A stretch of DNA of 64,000 nucleotides from an uncultured Chlamydiales bacterium (GCA_963700985.1 OY969554.1:1920001-1984000); one strand, 5' to 3'; positions 38,969 through 49,650 are shown, counted from the stretch's first letter. Notes: generated by a model not told the origin, from the sequence alone. A program made the numbers and translations.

Positions 38969-39846
38969 AATCTCCCATAGAACAGTCAATAAAAGAAAAG
39001 CTTAAGCTGCTTGCAAAAGAGAGGGAAACTTCCTTTGCGCAGCTGTGGAGAAATTTAATTCTGGAAAGATTTTTAACCCGTTTGTCTCAATCTTCTTATA
39101 GAGATAAATTTGTCTTAAAAGGAGGTACACTTTTAGCGAAATATCTGCCTCTTGGAAGAGAAACAAAAGATCTCGATTTTTTCATTCAGAAGTTATCTAA
39201 CACTGAAAGCTCTCTTGAGAAAGTTCTCCGTGCCATTTGCGATATTGATGCAAGCGACAGCTTTGCGTTCGAGATGGTCAAGGTAGATGTTTTGGAACAT
39301 ATCCATTTGGCCTATACCGGCGCTCAAATATCCCTTCTTGCAAAATTCGGGGCTACTCAGACGCGGATTCGAATAGATTTGGGTTTTGGAGATATGGTTG
39401 AAGCTATTGATTATTCGATCGATTTGACAGCCACAACAAAAGGTCCTCTGTTTGAAAGTAAAATTTCGCTGCGTTGTTATCCGAAAGAATTTATCTTTGC
39501 AGAAAAATTAGAGACGGCAGTTTTTCGAGGTGAAGGAAACACCCGTATGAAGGATTTTCATGATCTACATTCGCTGATCTCTCTAGGAAACTTAAGCGAA
39601 GCCCTTACGGAAAAAGCCATTCAATTGGTTTTTAATCATAGGAAAACCTCTCTTAAAGGATTACCCATTGCTTTTGATGCTAACGTCTTGAAGCAGCTTG
39701 AAAAAGGGTGGGGCTTATACTGTCGAAGGCTTAAAACGACAAAAAACTTTCTCATTTTGCCTGGGTCTATTGAAGGCTTAATAGAATCCGTTAACCTGTG
39801 GCTCAATCAGAAAACAGCTCTTTGTAAGGGCAATGATGAAATTTGA
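38965..39846 (+). CDS. abiEii: AbiEii-family nucleotidyltransferase toxin
   Basis: FVLKGG, RETKDLDF, IDLGFGD, AEKLET, NTRMKDFHDL; 4-nt overlap with abiEi. Confidence 0.92.
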   Translation: MKSPIEQSIKEKLKLLAKERETSFAQLWRNLILERFLTRLSQSSYRDKFVLKGGTLLAKYLPLGRETKDLDFFIQKLSNTESSLEKVLRAICDIDASDSFAFEMVKVDVLEHIHLAYTGAQISLLAKFGATQTRIRIDLGFGDMVEAIDYSIDLTATTKGPLFESKISLRCYPKEFIFAEKLETAVFRGEGNTRMKDFHDLHSLISLGNLSEALTEKAIQLVFNHRKTSLKGLPIAFDANVLKQLEKGWGLYCRRLKTTKNFLILPGSIEGLIESVNLWLNQKTALCKGNDEI

Positions 39847-39952
39847 GTTCTTGAACAAAGTCGACGGAATCGCTATTCTTCGCTATACTGTTGCCGGTCC
39901 GAAAATTTGAGTTTCAGACTGACGGCGTTATATATATTATCGAGATAAGCTC

Positions 39953-40660
39953 ATGCGTTTTTCGGGTCGAATTCTTCTGTTTCTGTGTACGCTTATTCTG
40001 CTTGGCACCTCTTGCTCTTCAGCGAGTAAGAGCGAAGCGGCGCAATCTTCTTATGAACCTGCTGTGCGCAGTGAATCAGAGTTAGCTTCTTCTTCACATC
40101 TTTATCCAGCGCATCCGCTGATCATTTTAGACGCGGGACATGGCGGTACGGATGAGGGCGCGCGGGTTAACTCCTTTATGGAAAAGCGCATTACGCTTTC
40201 CACAGCTCTCTTAACGAAAAAACGTTTAGAAGAGCGCGGATACAAGGTCATCTTAACACGTGCACGCGATAGCTACATTTCGCTGGCAAGACGCGTCTCA
40301 ATTGCTAACCGAACAAAGTGTGCGGCTTTTGTCAGCATCCATTTCAATGCCTCACGCAGCCATACCGCTAAAGGAATTGAGATCTATTTCTGCGATACCA
40401 AAGAGAAATGGAGAGGAAGAGCTTCAAGACGTTTAGCGGATTGTATCCTTTATCAAGTGATCGATCAGACGGAAGCACACTCAAGAGGGGTCAAGGGAGG
40501 CAACTTCCATGTGATCCGCGAAACTGAGATGCCCGCGGTTTTAGTTGAAGGCGGATTTGTTACAAATGGCGAAGAGAGACAGCTGCTTAAAGATAAAGCG
40601 TATCTCTCTAAAATCGCTGAAGGAATCGCAAATGGCGTGGATAAATACTTTAAATCCTAA
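39953..40660 (+). CDS. amiA: N-acetylmuramoyl-L-alanine amidase (possible lipoprotein)
   Basis: ILDAGHGG, EK..TL, FVSIHFN, PAVLVEGGFVTN; signal peptide ending LGTSC. Confidence 0.92.
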   Translation: MRFSGRILLFLCTLILLGTSCSSASKSEAAQSSYEPAVRSESELASSSHLYPAHPLIILDAGHGGTDEGARVNSFMEKRITLSTALLTKKRLEERGYKVILTRARDSYISLARRVSIANRTKCAAFVSIHFNASRSHTAKGIEIYFCDTKEKWRGRASRRLADCILYQVIDQTEAHSRGVKGGNFHVIRETEMPAVLVEGGFVTNGEERQLLKDKAYLSKIAEGIANGVDKYFKS

Positions 40661-40671
40661 ATTCTAAAAAA

Positions 40672-40744
40672 CGTCCTCGGCGCGAATTGAACGCGCGACC
40701 TGTCGCTTAGGAGGCGACCGCTCTATCCTCTGAGCTACGAGGAC
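40672..40744 (-). tRNA. tRNA-Arg(CCT)
   Basis: GTCCTCG TAGCTCAGAGGATAGAGC G GTCGC-CT-CCT-AA-GCGAC AGGTC GCGCG-TTCAATT-CGCGC CGAGGAC G cloverleaf; CCA not encoded. Confidence 0.95.
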
Positions 40745-40819
40745 AAATCGCCATAAAACCCTTAAGAGTTTAGGGATTATTGGCTCTTTGACGCAAGCAA
40801 ATCATTGGAGAAACAGAAC

Positions 40820-42280
40820 ATGGCAGCACAACAAGCAGATATCGGTTTGATAGGCCTGGCCGTGATGGGTCAGAATCTCGTGATGAACATGAATGATCAC
40901 GGCTTTACAGTAGTAGTTTTTAATCGCACTGTTTCTAAAGTCGATCAGTTCATGGAAGGGCCGGCCAAGGGTAGCCATGTGATTGGCTCCCATACGCTCG
41001 AAGAATTTTTTAAAGCTCTTAAGAAACCGCGAAAAGTGATGATGATGGTTAAAGCCGGCCAACCGGTTGATGAGCTCATCGCTGAATGTCTGCCCTTTTT
41101 AGAGAAAGGCGATATCGTAATCGATGGCGGCAATAGCCATTTTCCCGATACCGAACGACGCGAGAAAGAGTTAAAGCAGAAAGGCATTTTCTTCATCGGC
41201 ACAGGGATCTCAGGGGGAGAAGAGGGTGCAAGAAACGGCCCTTCCATCATGCCCGGTGGCAGCCCAGAAGCCTGGCCTGCAGTTAAGCCTATCTTTCAGG
41301 CGATTGCAGCTAAAGCGGAAGAAGATGGTTTGCCTTGCTGTGATTGGGTAGGAAATGGAGGCGCTGGCCACTATGTTAAGATGGTGCACAACGGCATCGA
41401 GTATGGCGATATGCAGCTTATGTGCGAAGCCTATCAGCTGTTAAAAGAAGTGCTTGGTTTAAAAGCAGCTGAACTTCAAAGCATTTTTGCAGAGTGGAAC
41501 AATGGCGTTTTGCACAGCTATCTGATTGAAATCACCAGCCAAATTTTTGGCTTTAAAGATACAGATGGAGCTCCGCTAGTCGAAAAAATACTCGACGTTG
41601 CGGGCCAAAAAGGCACCGGCAAATGGACGGGCATCAATGCGCTCGATCTCGGTATTCCTGTAACACTTATTGGAGAAGCTGTGTTTGCACGCTGCCTATC
41701 TTCCTTAAAGGAGCAGCGTCTCAAAGCTTCAAAACTTTTCACAAAACCTAAAGTGAATTTTTCTGGAGATAAAAAAGCCTTTATCGATGATATCGCTCAG
41801 GCCCTCTATGCTTCGAAGATCATCAGCTATGCCCAGGGCTTTATGCTCATGGCTGCTGCTGCCAAAGAATATAAGTGGAAATTAGATTATGGCTCGATTG
41901 CGCTGATGTGGCGAGCAGGGTGCATCATCCGCAGCCGTTTTCTCAATGATATCAAAACCGCATATGGTAAAAATCCAAATCTAGAAAACTTGCTCTATGA
42001 TGATTTTTTCAAGAAAGCAATCGAGACTGCCGAGCCCGCTTGGCGTAGGGTAGTTGTTCAGGCAACACAGTTCGGGATTGCCGTGCCTTGCTTTAGCACA
42101 GCCCTCTCATTTTTTGATGGGCTACGCACAGCACAACTTCCTGCTAATCTCCTTCAAGCGCAGCGCGACTTTTTCGGTGCGCACACCTATGAAAGAATCG
42201 ATCAGCCTCGTGGGAAGTTCTTCCATACGAACTGGACTGGAACGGGCGGAACTGTAAGCTCATCTTCTTACACGGTATAG
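40820..42280 (+). CDS. gnd: 6-phosphogluconate dehydrogenase (decarboxylating)
   Basis: IGLAVMG, IDGGNS, GISGGEEGA, KMVHNGIEY, QAQRDFFGAHTY. Confidence 0.97.
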   Translation: MAAQQADIGLIGLAVMGQNLVMNMNDHGFTVVVFNRTVSKVDQFMEGPAKGSHVIGSHTLEEFFKALKKPRKVMMMVKAGQPVDELIAECLPFLEKGDIVIDGGNSHFPDTERREKELKQKGIFFIGTGISGGEEGARNGPSIMPGGSPEAWPAVKPIFQAIAAKAEEDGLPCCDWVGNGGAGHYVKMVHNGIEYGDMQLMCEAYQLLKEVLGLKAAELQSIFAEWNNGVLHSYLIEITSQIFGFKDTDGAPLVEKILDVAGQKGTGKWTGINALDLGIPVTLIGEAVFARCLSSLKEQRLKASKLFTKPKVNFSGDKKAFIDDIAQALYASKIISYAQGFMLMAAAAKEYKWKLDYGSIALMWRAGCIIRSRFLNDIKTAYGKNPNLENLLYDDFFKKAIETAEPAWRRVVVQATQFGIAVPCFSTALSFFDGLRTAQLPANLLQAQRDFFGAHTYERIDQPRGKFFHTNWTGTGGTVSSSSYTV

Positions 42281-42283
42281 AAA

Positions 42284-43000
42284 ATGCAGGTAGAGCTCTA
42301 TCCCGCGCAAGAAAGAGGATCTTCTGAAACGCCTTGGCTTGTGAGCCGGAATACTTTTAGTTTTGGGAATTACTACCATCCCAAGCGGATCAATTTCGGC
42401 ACACTGCGCGTTTTAAATGAAGATACAGTTGCACCGGCTCGCGGTTTCTCTTTGCATCCGCATGAGAATATGGAGATCGTTAGCATCGTTTTAGAAGGTA
42501 AGCTCGAGCACCGTGATACTCTCGATAATCATGGAGAGCTCAAGCCAGGCGATGTGCAACGAATCACGGCGGGTTCAGGGATTCGGCATTCAGAGATGAA
42601 TCCCTCTCAAACAGACAAAGTCCATTTTCTTCAGATCTGGGTTTTTCCTGAAAGAGAGGCGCTTGTTCCCAGTTACGAGCAGAAGAGTTTTACTCCTCAG
42701 ATGATCGCCAACCGTTTTTGTCCGATCGTATCTGGTAAGCCATCACCCGAAACGCTTTTCATCAACCAAGATGCAGCTTTTTTCTTAGGAAAATGGGATC
42801 AGGATACGCAAGTTAAGCATCTCCTTGCTGCCAAGCACCATGGCATTTTTGTATTTGTGATTGAAGGCAAAGCCAAAATCGGCGGAATGCATCTCAAAAC
42901 AGGGGATGGAATCGGCATAAAAGATTCTTTGGAAGTCGAAATCGCTCCTATGGCTGGCGCCTACCTGCTTCTCATTGAAGTCAGCACGCTGACTCTATAG
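42284..43000 (+). CDS. Pirin family protein (YhhW-like)
   Basis: FSFGNYY, LRVLNED, HPHENMEI, TAGSGIRHSE, LQIW. Confidence 0.92.
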   Translation: MQVELYPAQERGSSETPWLVSRNTFSFGNYYHPKRINFGTLRVLNEDTVAPARGFSLHPHENMEIVSIVLEGKLEHRDTLDNHGELKPGDVQRITAGSGIRHSEMNPSQTDKVHFLQIWVFPEREALVPSYEQKSFTPQMIANRFCPIVSGKPSPETLFINQDAAFFLGKWDQDTQVKHLLAAKHHGIFVFVIEGKAKIGGMHLKTGDGIGIKDSLEVEIAPMAGAYLLLIEVSTLTL

Positions 43001-43092
43001 TGTAAATTTTAATTTATATTCTTTTTTCTTTAGTTTTTTTTATTACATTTTTTCTTTATAATTCTGAAAAATTTTATAAAGAAATAGGACCT

Positions 43093-44241
43093 ATGAGCGT
43101 ACAAGGTTTACCAGCAAATGCATTTCCCGCCGAAGTAGCTTTTCAAGCACAGTGGACTCCAGAAAACAGCCATCTTGCCACAGGCATATTCGGGGATAGC
43201 TCTATCATTGACATCATTACAGCTGTCTTTAGGGATCCATTCTTCTTTGCCACCCTAATTCTAAAGGTGGTTTTAAAACCGTTCATAGGGCGTGTAGTGG
43301 TATTTTCAAGTAATTTCCCCGAAAGCCAGGTTGAGGGGGCGAAAACATTTTGGCAGAAGCTTTGGGTAGATCCTACAGATAACTCTACTCTTCAGAAGCT
43401 GCGCTTGCGTTACGAGGCAATTCCTTTGCGCATGACCACGCCAGATCAGGTGACTTTAAGTGGGACCTTCTATCGCGCGCGTTTAGCGCCCGATGCTGAA
43501 ATTCCTACGATCATTGTGGCGCAGCCGAATGCCGCTCTTTACAAAAGTGGTGGAAGCCAGACCTGGTTAAGCTTACATGATCTTAAAGGCTCTGCTTATA
43601 ATCTCGCCGTTTGGGATTATCGCGGAACCGGAGAGAGCGAGAAAGTTCCAGCTACATGCTCTAATCAGTTAGCGCTTGACGGGGATACTGTTTATCAGTG
43701 TGTGCAGCAAAATTTTCACATTTCGGAAAATAATATCCGCTTCTATGGAAGATCTTTGGGTGGGGCCGTGAGCGCGATCGTGAGAGCCAACCATCCTAGT
43801 CATGCCCCATATGTCAATGCGCACTCTTTTAATACATTACAAGATCTGATCGAGCATTCTGATCTGGCAGATGAAATTATTACGAAGGTCCATCATAGGT
43901 TCAATGAAGTGTTGCCAAGCTGGTTAGCCGGCTTCTTAGAATGTCTTATTACCGCATGGCTTTTGAGGAAGATTGTAAATTGGGCGATTTCAATTACTGG
44001 TTGGGATTTTAACGTGCCGGCAGCACTACAAACGATTGGAGCGGATGCTATGGTAGTTCACGATCTCCAAGATAAGTTCATGCAGGGAGGAAGAGTTAGA
44101 GTGGCTCCCACAAATCAAGAGTTAAGCGTGACGACGACTTGCCAGTGTGATCTGCATCATATGTGTCCTGAAGGGACTCTTCTAGATGAAAATCAACAGC
44201 CCGCTGCCGATCGAATAATCGCACATCTCTTGCGCGTCTAA
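43093..44241 (+). CDS. Alpha/beta hydrolase (candidate secreted effector)
   Basis: WDYRGTGES and the YGRSLGG nucleophile elbow; candidate Asp (HDLQD) and His (DLHH); AT-rich upstream region. Confidence 0.75.
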   Translation: MSVQGLPANAFPAEVAFQAQWTPENSHLATGIFGDSSIIDIITAVFRDPFFFATLILKVVLKPFIGRVVVFSSNFPESQVEGAKTFWQKLWVDPTDNSTLQKLRLRYEAIPLRMTTPDQVTLSGTFYRARLAPDAEIPTIIVAQPNAALYKSGGSQTWLSLHDLKGSAYNLAVWDYRGTGESEKVPATCSNQLALDGDTVYQCVQQNFHISENNIRFYGRSLGGAVSAIVRANHPSHAPYVNAHSFNTLQDLIEHSDLADEIITKVHHRFNEVLPSWLAGFLECLITAWLLRKIVNWAISITGWDFNVPAALQTIGADAMVVHDLQDKFMQGGRVRVAPTNQELSVTTTCQCDLHHMCPEGTLLDENQQPAADRIIAHLLRV

Positions 44242-44254
44242 GAAGCTTTTAAGG

Positions 44255-46078
44255 TTAATCACCCGCTTTCAAGACTTCCATGAAGGCTGATTGGGGGATA
44301 TTCACCTTGCCGATCTCCTTCATCTTCTTCTTTCCTTTCTTCTGTTTTTCCCACAGCTTGCGTTTGCGTGTGATGTCTCCGCCATAGCATTTTGCTGTGA
44401 CGTTTTTGGTGATTGCGCGGATAGTCTCGCGCGCTACGATCTTGCCGCCGATGGCAGCTTGCACAGGCACTTTAAATTGCTGCATGGGGATGACTTCTAC
44501 GAGTTTTTTGCAAATCGCACGGCCGCGCGCTTCCGCTTTGGTGCGGTGGACAAGACAGGAGAAGGCATCAACTGGTTCTTCATTGACGCGGATTTCTAGT
44601 TTCACGATATCGCTGATGTCATTTTTTTCGAACTCATAGTCGAATGAACCATAACCACGTGTGACTGACTTGAGCTTGTCGTTAAAATCCGTGATGATCT
44701 CGTTTAATGGAAAGCTGTAGGTGAGCATAAGGCGTTTACTATCTAACGTCTCCGTTTTAACCAGTTCGCCGCGTTTTTCCATGCCGAGACTCATCATCGC
44801 ACCTAAAAACTCAGCTGGCACCATGATGTGGCACTTCACCCAAGGCTCTTCAATAAATTCAATCATCGAAGGATCTGGATAGTGCGCAACGTTATCGATT
44901 TTCAACACTGTTCCATCGCCTAAAGTTATTTGATAGATAACACTTGGCGCGGTGGTGATGATATCGAGATCGAACTCTCTTTGCAGGCGCTCAAATACGA
45001 TTTCTAAATGCAACAAACCCAAAAATCCGCAACGGAAGCCGAGCCCCAGCGCCAAGCTGCTCTCTTGTTCCACGTAAAGTGCGGAGTCATTCAGTTGCAG
45101 TTTAACAAGCGCATCTCTTAACGCTTCAAAGTCTGAGCTATCGACAGGGTAAATTCCCGCATAAACCACCGGAGCGATTAAGCGAAATCCAGGTAGGGGA
45201 GTCGTTGTAGGGTCTTTCACGGAAGTGATCGTGTCGCCAACTTTGACATCGGTGGTCTTTTTGATATTGGCAGCCAGATAACCCACTTCACCCGGTCTTA
45301 AAACATCGACAGATTTGGCTGTGGGCGAGAAGATTCCAACCTCTAAGACTTCAAAGTTCTTATCGGTAGCCATCAGCTTGATTTGAGTTTTGCGCGAGAT
45401 TTCTCCGCTTATGACTCTGACATACACCATCACCCCTTGATAAGGGTCATAATGCGAGTCGAATACGAGCGCGCGCAACGTGTTATCTGTAGGTTTTTCA
45501 GGGTGAGGGACATCGATTAAAATGCGCTCTAAGACGTCTTTAATTCCAATGCCGACTTTGGCTGAACAGAGCACTGTATTTGAAGTGTCGATGCCAATCA
45601 CATCTTCGATCTGTTGCTTAACCCCTTCGACATCTGCCGAGGGCAGGTCGATCTTGTTGATGACCGGCACAATCGTTAGATTGCGATCAAGCGCTAGGTG
45701 CATATTTGCAAGTGTCTGAGCCTGAATGCCTTGAGCTGCATCTACGACGAGCAGCGCACCTTCGCAAGCAGAAAGAGAGCGCGATACTTCATAGGAAAAG
45801 TCTACGTGTCCGGGTGTATCGATGAAATTGATCTTATAAATTGTGCCATCTTCGGCTTCATAGATCATTGTAACCGGGTGGGCCTTGATGGTAATTCCAC
45901 GTTCTCTCTCGAGATCCATGGCATCAAGAACCTGCTCTTGCATCTCTCTTTGAGGGATGGTTTTGGTGATTTCGAGCAGCCTATCCGCAAGGGTCGATTT
46001 CCCATGGTCGATATGGGCAATAATTGAGAAATTTCGGATATTCCGTATGTCGTACTTAAAGATCTTTTCGTTTGTCAT
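44255..46078 (-). CDS. lepA: Elongation factor 4
   Basis: [47 protein letters not shown]. Confidence 0.97.
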   Translation of the reverse strand: MTNEKIFKYDIRNIRNFSIIAHIDHGKSTLADRLLEITKTIPQREMQEQVLDAMDLERERGITIKAHPVTMIYEAEDGTIYKINFIDTPGHVDFSYEVSRSLSACEGALLVVDAAQGIQAQTLANMHLALDRNLTIVPVINKIDLPSADVEGVKQQIEDVIGIDTSNTVLCSAKVGIGIKDVLERILIDVPHPEKPTDNTLRALVFDSHYDPYQGVMVYVRVISGEISRKTQIKLMATDKNFEVLEVGIFSPTAKSVDVLRPGEVGYLAANIKKTTDVKVGDTITSVKDPTTTPLPGFRLIAPVVYAGIYPVDSSDFEALRDALVKLQLNDSALYVEQESSLALGLGFRCGFLGLLHLEIVFERLQREFDLDIITTAPSVIYQITLGDGTVLKIDNVAHYPDPSMIEFIEEPWVKCHIMVPAEFLGAMMSLGMEKRGELVKTETLDSKRLMLTYSFPLNEIITDFNDKLKSVTRGYGSFDYEFEKNDISDIVKLEIRVNEEPVDAFSCLVHRTKAEARGRAICKKLVEVIPMQQFKVPVQAAIGGKIVARETIRAITKNVTAKCYGGDITRKRKLWEKQKKGKKKMKEIGKVNIPQSAFMEVLKAGD

Positions 46079-46239
46079 AGATATACAGGGTGCAATCAAA
46101 ACCCTTAAACTTCAACAGGAAAGCGCAGTTCTGCTTGTAAAATAAATATTTTAAAATGACTGTATATAATTTTTTATAAATGTATTAATTTATTAGATTA
46201 TTTGTTAAAGTTATTACATCAATAATTATAGGTGTCATT

Positions 46240-47619
46240 GTGGCAACTGAAGCACTACCAGCAGCACCAGTTCAACTTCCTGCGCTAAGACCTGCTTTAC
46301 CCGAAAGCTGGGATGTAGGTGCGGATGTCGATTGTCGTATTTATACACTGGTGGTAATTGGAAGAATTCTTCAGGGATTAGCCGTTGCATCTGTCCTTGC
46401 CATAGGCGCGGTCACAGTGCTCTGTTCTCCTCTCGCATTAATCGGGCTAATTGTGCCTATTCTTCTGGGCGGTGGTGGAAATTCTCTAGTTAATGCACGC
46501 CTACTGCCTGATGGTTCGATTCACATTCCTTTCTTTACGCGCATCGCCTTTGTTCCTGGACAGCCAGTTGGTTTAGTGCGTCAAGGATATAACTGCTGCA
46601 TTAATTCTGCTCTTCAAATTGCGTTTACCTCCGCCGGTGTCCAGCAAGGGCTTGATGCTGCACCTGCAGAGCATGTCATCAAAGGGCTTCAAAATAATTG
46701 TCTCACAGCACAAGCTCAAAGGCAATTCGTGGCTAATGCAGATACTCAACTCGCTAGACTGTTTATCTCAAGCCCTAAACAACTCATCTCACCGAGTTCA
46801 AGTATTCAAGAAGATGCTGGAGAGGTGCTTAACCTTCTTTTAGATGCGCTAGAAACAGAAGCAGTTGCGCGTAGTGTGCCAGCATTGGGTTTAGAACAAC
46901 GCGAAGCTGCTAAATTGCCAGTGCTTCCATTCGCTTTTCAGATCGCAGAAAAACTGACGCGTATTTCAAATCCAGCAGATATTAAGAATCTAGATTCCAA
47001 AAAGGAGCATCAGCTTCTGCTTTCATTGCAAACCTATGTGGAACTAGAACGTGCAGGACAATTACCCGCAGGTCTTTCCGATGAGCAAGCCTTCATGCAG
47101 TACATTTTCGAGCCTTTCTTTAATGATCAGAACGAAGTTTTTCAGGTTGAGAAACAATTTGTTCAGCCTCCCTCTGAGTTGTTTGTGCAAGCTAATCGCA
47201 CCGTCTTTGTAAGAGATGCGCAGCCGCCAGCAGATAAGCAAATTCATTTAAAACTTAAGGTTAATGAGGAGCCAGAGACAAGGCGCGTATCTGTGAAGCT
47301 TGATATTTTACCAACACCACCAGGTGGAAGAGTTGAAAAAGTTACAGATTCCATTCCTGTGCCTCTGCAGTTTACATTACCTGCACGCTATGTGCAGAAT
47401 CCAGATGCAGCTGCGATGAACTATGAAGTCGATGCTTTCTTTGTGCACTACGGAAGAACAGCTGGCAGTGGTCATTATATTTCTTATAAAAAGAGTCTTT
47501 CACCTGAAGGTCAGACGATCTGGTGGGAGATTAACGATTCAAACGTAAGAGCGCTTTATCAGCGCGAGGCCGAAGCTGCTTTGAAGCAAGCTCACACCAT
47601 CCATTTCTCTCGTATCTAA
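46240..47619 (+). CDS. USP (peptidase C19)-like deubiquitinase with N-terminal bilobed hydrophobic domain
   Basis: Cys box GLVRQGYNCCINSALQ, QEDAGE, His box VHYGRTAGSGHYISY, WWEINDSNV; hydrophobic residues ~35-77. Confidence 0.82.
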   Translation: MATEALPAAPVQLPALRPALPESWDVGADVDCRIYTLVVIGRILQGLAVASVLAIGAVTVLCSPLALIGLIVPILLGGGGNSLVNARLLPDGSIHIPFFTRIAFVPGQPVGLVRQGYNCCINSALQIAFTSAGVQQGLDAAPAEHVIKGLQNNCLTAQAQRQFVANADTQLARLFISSPKQLISPSSSIQEDAGEVLNLLLDALETEAVARSVPALGLEQREAAKLPVLPFAFQIAEKLTRISNPADIKNLDSKKEHQLLLSLQTYVELERAGQLPAGLSDEQAFMQYIFEPFFNDQNEVFQVEKQFVQPPSELFVQANRTVFVRDAQPPADKQIHLKLKVNEEPETRRVSVKLDILPTPPGGRVEKVTDSIPVPLQFTLPARYVQNPDAAAMNYEVDAFFVHYGRTAGSGHYISYKKSLSPEGQTIWWEINDSNVRALYQREAEAALKQAHTIHFSRI

Positions 47620-47680
47620 TCTAAATAAGATAAGATCTCTTACGTAATTCGCTTTGTCTGAAAAAAACCAAAGATTATTT

Positions 47681-47709
47681 ATAAGCAGGATCGGCGCAAA
47701 GCGCCGGCA
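47681..47709. repeat. 29-bp dispersed hairpin repeat, copy 1
   Basis: ATAAGCAGGATCGGCGCAAAGCGCCGGCA, identical to 60063-60091. Confidence 0.85.
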
Positions 47710-47803
47710 AGAAAAGCAGGATATGTTTTATCTATCTTATCCTTCACATCCTCCCTGATCCTAGATATTCTGTTATCTTTCAGAATTTAAAATGGCTTCT
47801 AAT

Positions 47804-47843
47804 AAAAAAGCCCTCCTTCTTTCGAAGGAGGGCTTCTGTTTTT
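47804..47843. terminator. Rho-independent terminator (ntt; probably bidirectional)
   Basis: A-run, AAGCCCTCCTTC-TTTC-GAAGGAGGGCTT, then a T-rich tail. Confidence 0.85.
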
Positions 47844-47866
47844 AGAAGCTAGCTTGATCTTTACGA

Positions 47867-49444
47867 TTAGCTAGTGGCTTCGGGTTGAACACCACTTTTA
47901 GCCATTTCTGCTTCTTTGGTTTCTTTCTCAGCAGCTTGTACTTCTTTCTCAGCATTGAGCTTCGCAAAAAGCTTGCTCAATGTTTTAGCAGATCCGATCC
48001 ATGCGAAGATGATCAGGAAGAGAATGCCAGCTACATAAGGTGTAATTGCAGCGACCGAGCCGAGTGCAATGATCAGACCTTGCTGAACAAGAGAGCCGCC
48101 AGATTTTCCAAGTCGAGCACCGACGACGTCGATGGCAGCTTTCCCTTTAACCTTAGATTCTTGGTCAAGCGGGATATAAGCCATCTCTTTCGTAGGATCG
48201 AACAGAGAGTATTTAGCAGACTTACTCATGATGTTCTGTGCTGTTCCGAAGAGTACAGCGAGCATCAGTGGAGTTGTGCCTAGGACGCTAATAAAGGCTG
48301 AGAGTGAATCTCTAAAGATAACGAAGGAGAAGAATCCAACGCCTGTAATTAAGAGAACCACTGGAGTAATCAGCGCTCCAACACCCCATCCGAAACGACG
48401 AATGACGTTACCGCCAACAAAGAGCATCATCAGGATTGTTACGCTACCTGTAACGGCAGAGAAGTAACCCATGAAGGCACTGTATTCGTTAGGGCTTGGA
48501 TATTGAAGTTTCAATTGGCTCTTCCAGGTCACTTCAACCAGGTTAATCGCAACGCCGTAGCCGATCACTAGGATAGCGAGGCAGCCGAGGTATTTAGACT
48601 TCGCGAGGAACTTAAAGCTATCCATGAGAGGCATTTTTGGCTTCTCTTTTTTAGCTTTTTTGAGTTCGTTCGGGTCGTAGAAGCGAGCATCTGTAAGAAC
48701 ATTTTTATTGATCCACCAGTAGGTAGCCATGATGATGAGTCCAGAAACGACGACCATGCTCAACATATAGTTGAGGGAGACGCCCCAGGCATCAACACCA
48801 GCAGGCAGCTTGCTGCGGATATCAGAGAAATATACAATCGCTGGGCCAGAAAATAGCATCGCGAAGTTAGCGCCTAGGCCGAACATGGCATAGAAACGCT
48901 TAGATTCGGATACGCGTGTAATGTCGTTAGCAAAACCCCAGAAGAGGAGGGAGATAGCTACGCTACCCCACAGCTCGGACATGATGTAAAACAGGGCAAA
49001 TGTCCAATTTCTGAAGAGGGCTACAAGGCCGCTTAGTCCTTGAGGGAGAGCAGCTTGCATTCTGTCAGCCATATCCGTTGGATGCAATACATCGCGCAAT
49101 GGATAAAGAACCAGCGCGAAGATCGCAAAGAACGCGATAAAGATCGAGATTGTAGTATAAAATAGTTTAGTCTTGCTAAGTACGTTGCTCAACTTGGCGT
49201 AGAGCAGCATGAACAAGATGGCCACTGGGAGTACCCCCCACAGCTTCAAGAATGGAATGGCTTCAGCGCCAGACCCAGGAGCTGTCACAATAAGAGCATC
49301 TTTCGTATCTCTTAAAATGGTGTAATTAAAGTTAATGAAGAAAAATAAGAAGAACATAGGGAGGAGCTTTTTTAGCTCAAAATTATGGACTGGCCAAAAA
49401 AATGACCTCCATTTACCAAATTCACGTTGTGCGGTTTGCGACAT
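47867..49444 (-). CDS. ntt1: ATP/ADP translocase (NTT family)
   Basis: FGKWRSFFWP, NYTILRDTKD, GAEAIPFLK, LFWGFAN, KYSLFDPTKEMAYIPL, GKAAIDVVGARLGKSGG. Confidence 0.95.
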   Translation of the reverse strand: MSQTAQREFGKWRSFFWPVHNFELKKLLPMFFLFFFINFNYTILRDTKDALIVTAPGSGAEAIPFLKLWGVLPVAILFMLLYAKLSNVLSKTKLFYTTISIFIAFFAIFALVLYPLRDVLHPTDMADRMQAALPQGLSGLVALFRNWTFALFYIMSELWGSVAISLLFWGFANDITRVSESKRFYAMFGLGANFAMLFSGPAIVYFSDIRSKLPAGVDAWGVSLNYMLSMVVVSGLIIMATYWWINKNVLTDARFYDPNELKKAKKEKPKMPLMDSFKFLAKSKYLGCLAILVIGYGVAINLVEVTWKSQLKLQYPSPNEYSAFMGYFSAVTGSVTILMMLFVGGNVIRRFGWGVGALITPVVLLITGVGFFSFVIFRDSLSAFISVLGTTPLMLAVLFGTAQNIMSKSAKYSLFDPTKEMAYIPLDQESKVKGKAAIDVVGARLGKSGGSLVQQGLIIALGSVAAITPYVAGILFLIIFAWIGSAKTLSKLFAKLNAEKEVQAAEKETKEAEMAKSGVQPEATS

Positions 49445-49650
49445 GTTTATTCCTCAAACGAAGTTAACAAATGAAAAGGCTATTATAATGGGTTTTTGTT
49501 AAAAATCAAGGGTTATTCTGCGACTCTGCATTTTTGGATTTGCAACAACCTTCCAAACAACAAAAACTTTACTTGGTATGCGTTAGGAGAGTGAACTAAT
49601 TATTTTAATATGATGATTAATAGAATAGGTTTAGAAGAATTTCACTAAAT

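Noticed and set aside
40672-40744. tRNA-Arg as an integration site for an island
   Set aside because: No integrase and no duplicated tRNA 3' end noticed; both flanks are core genes.
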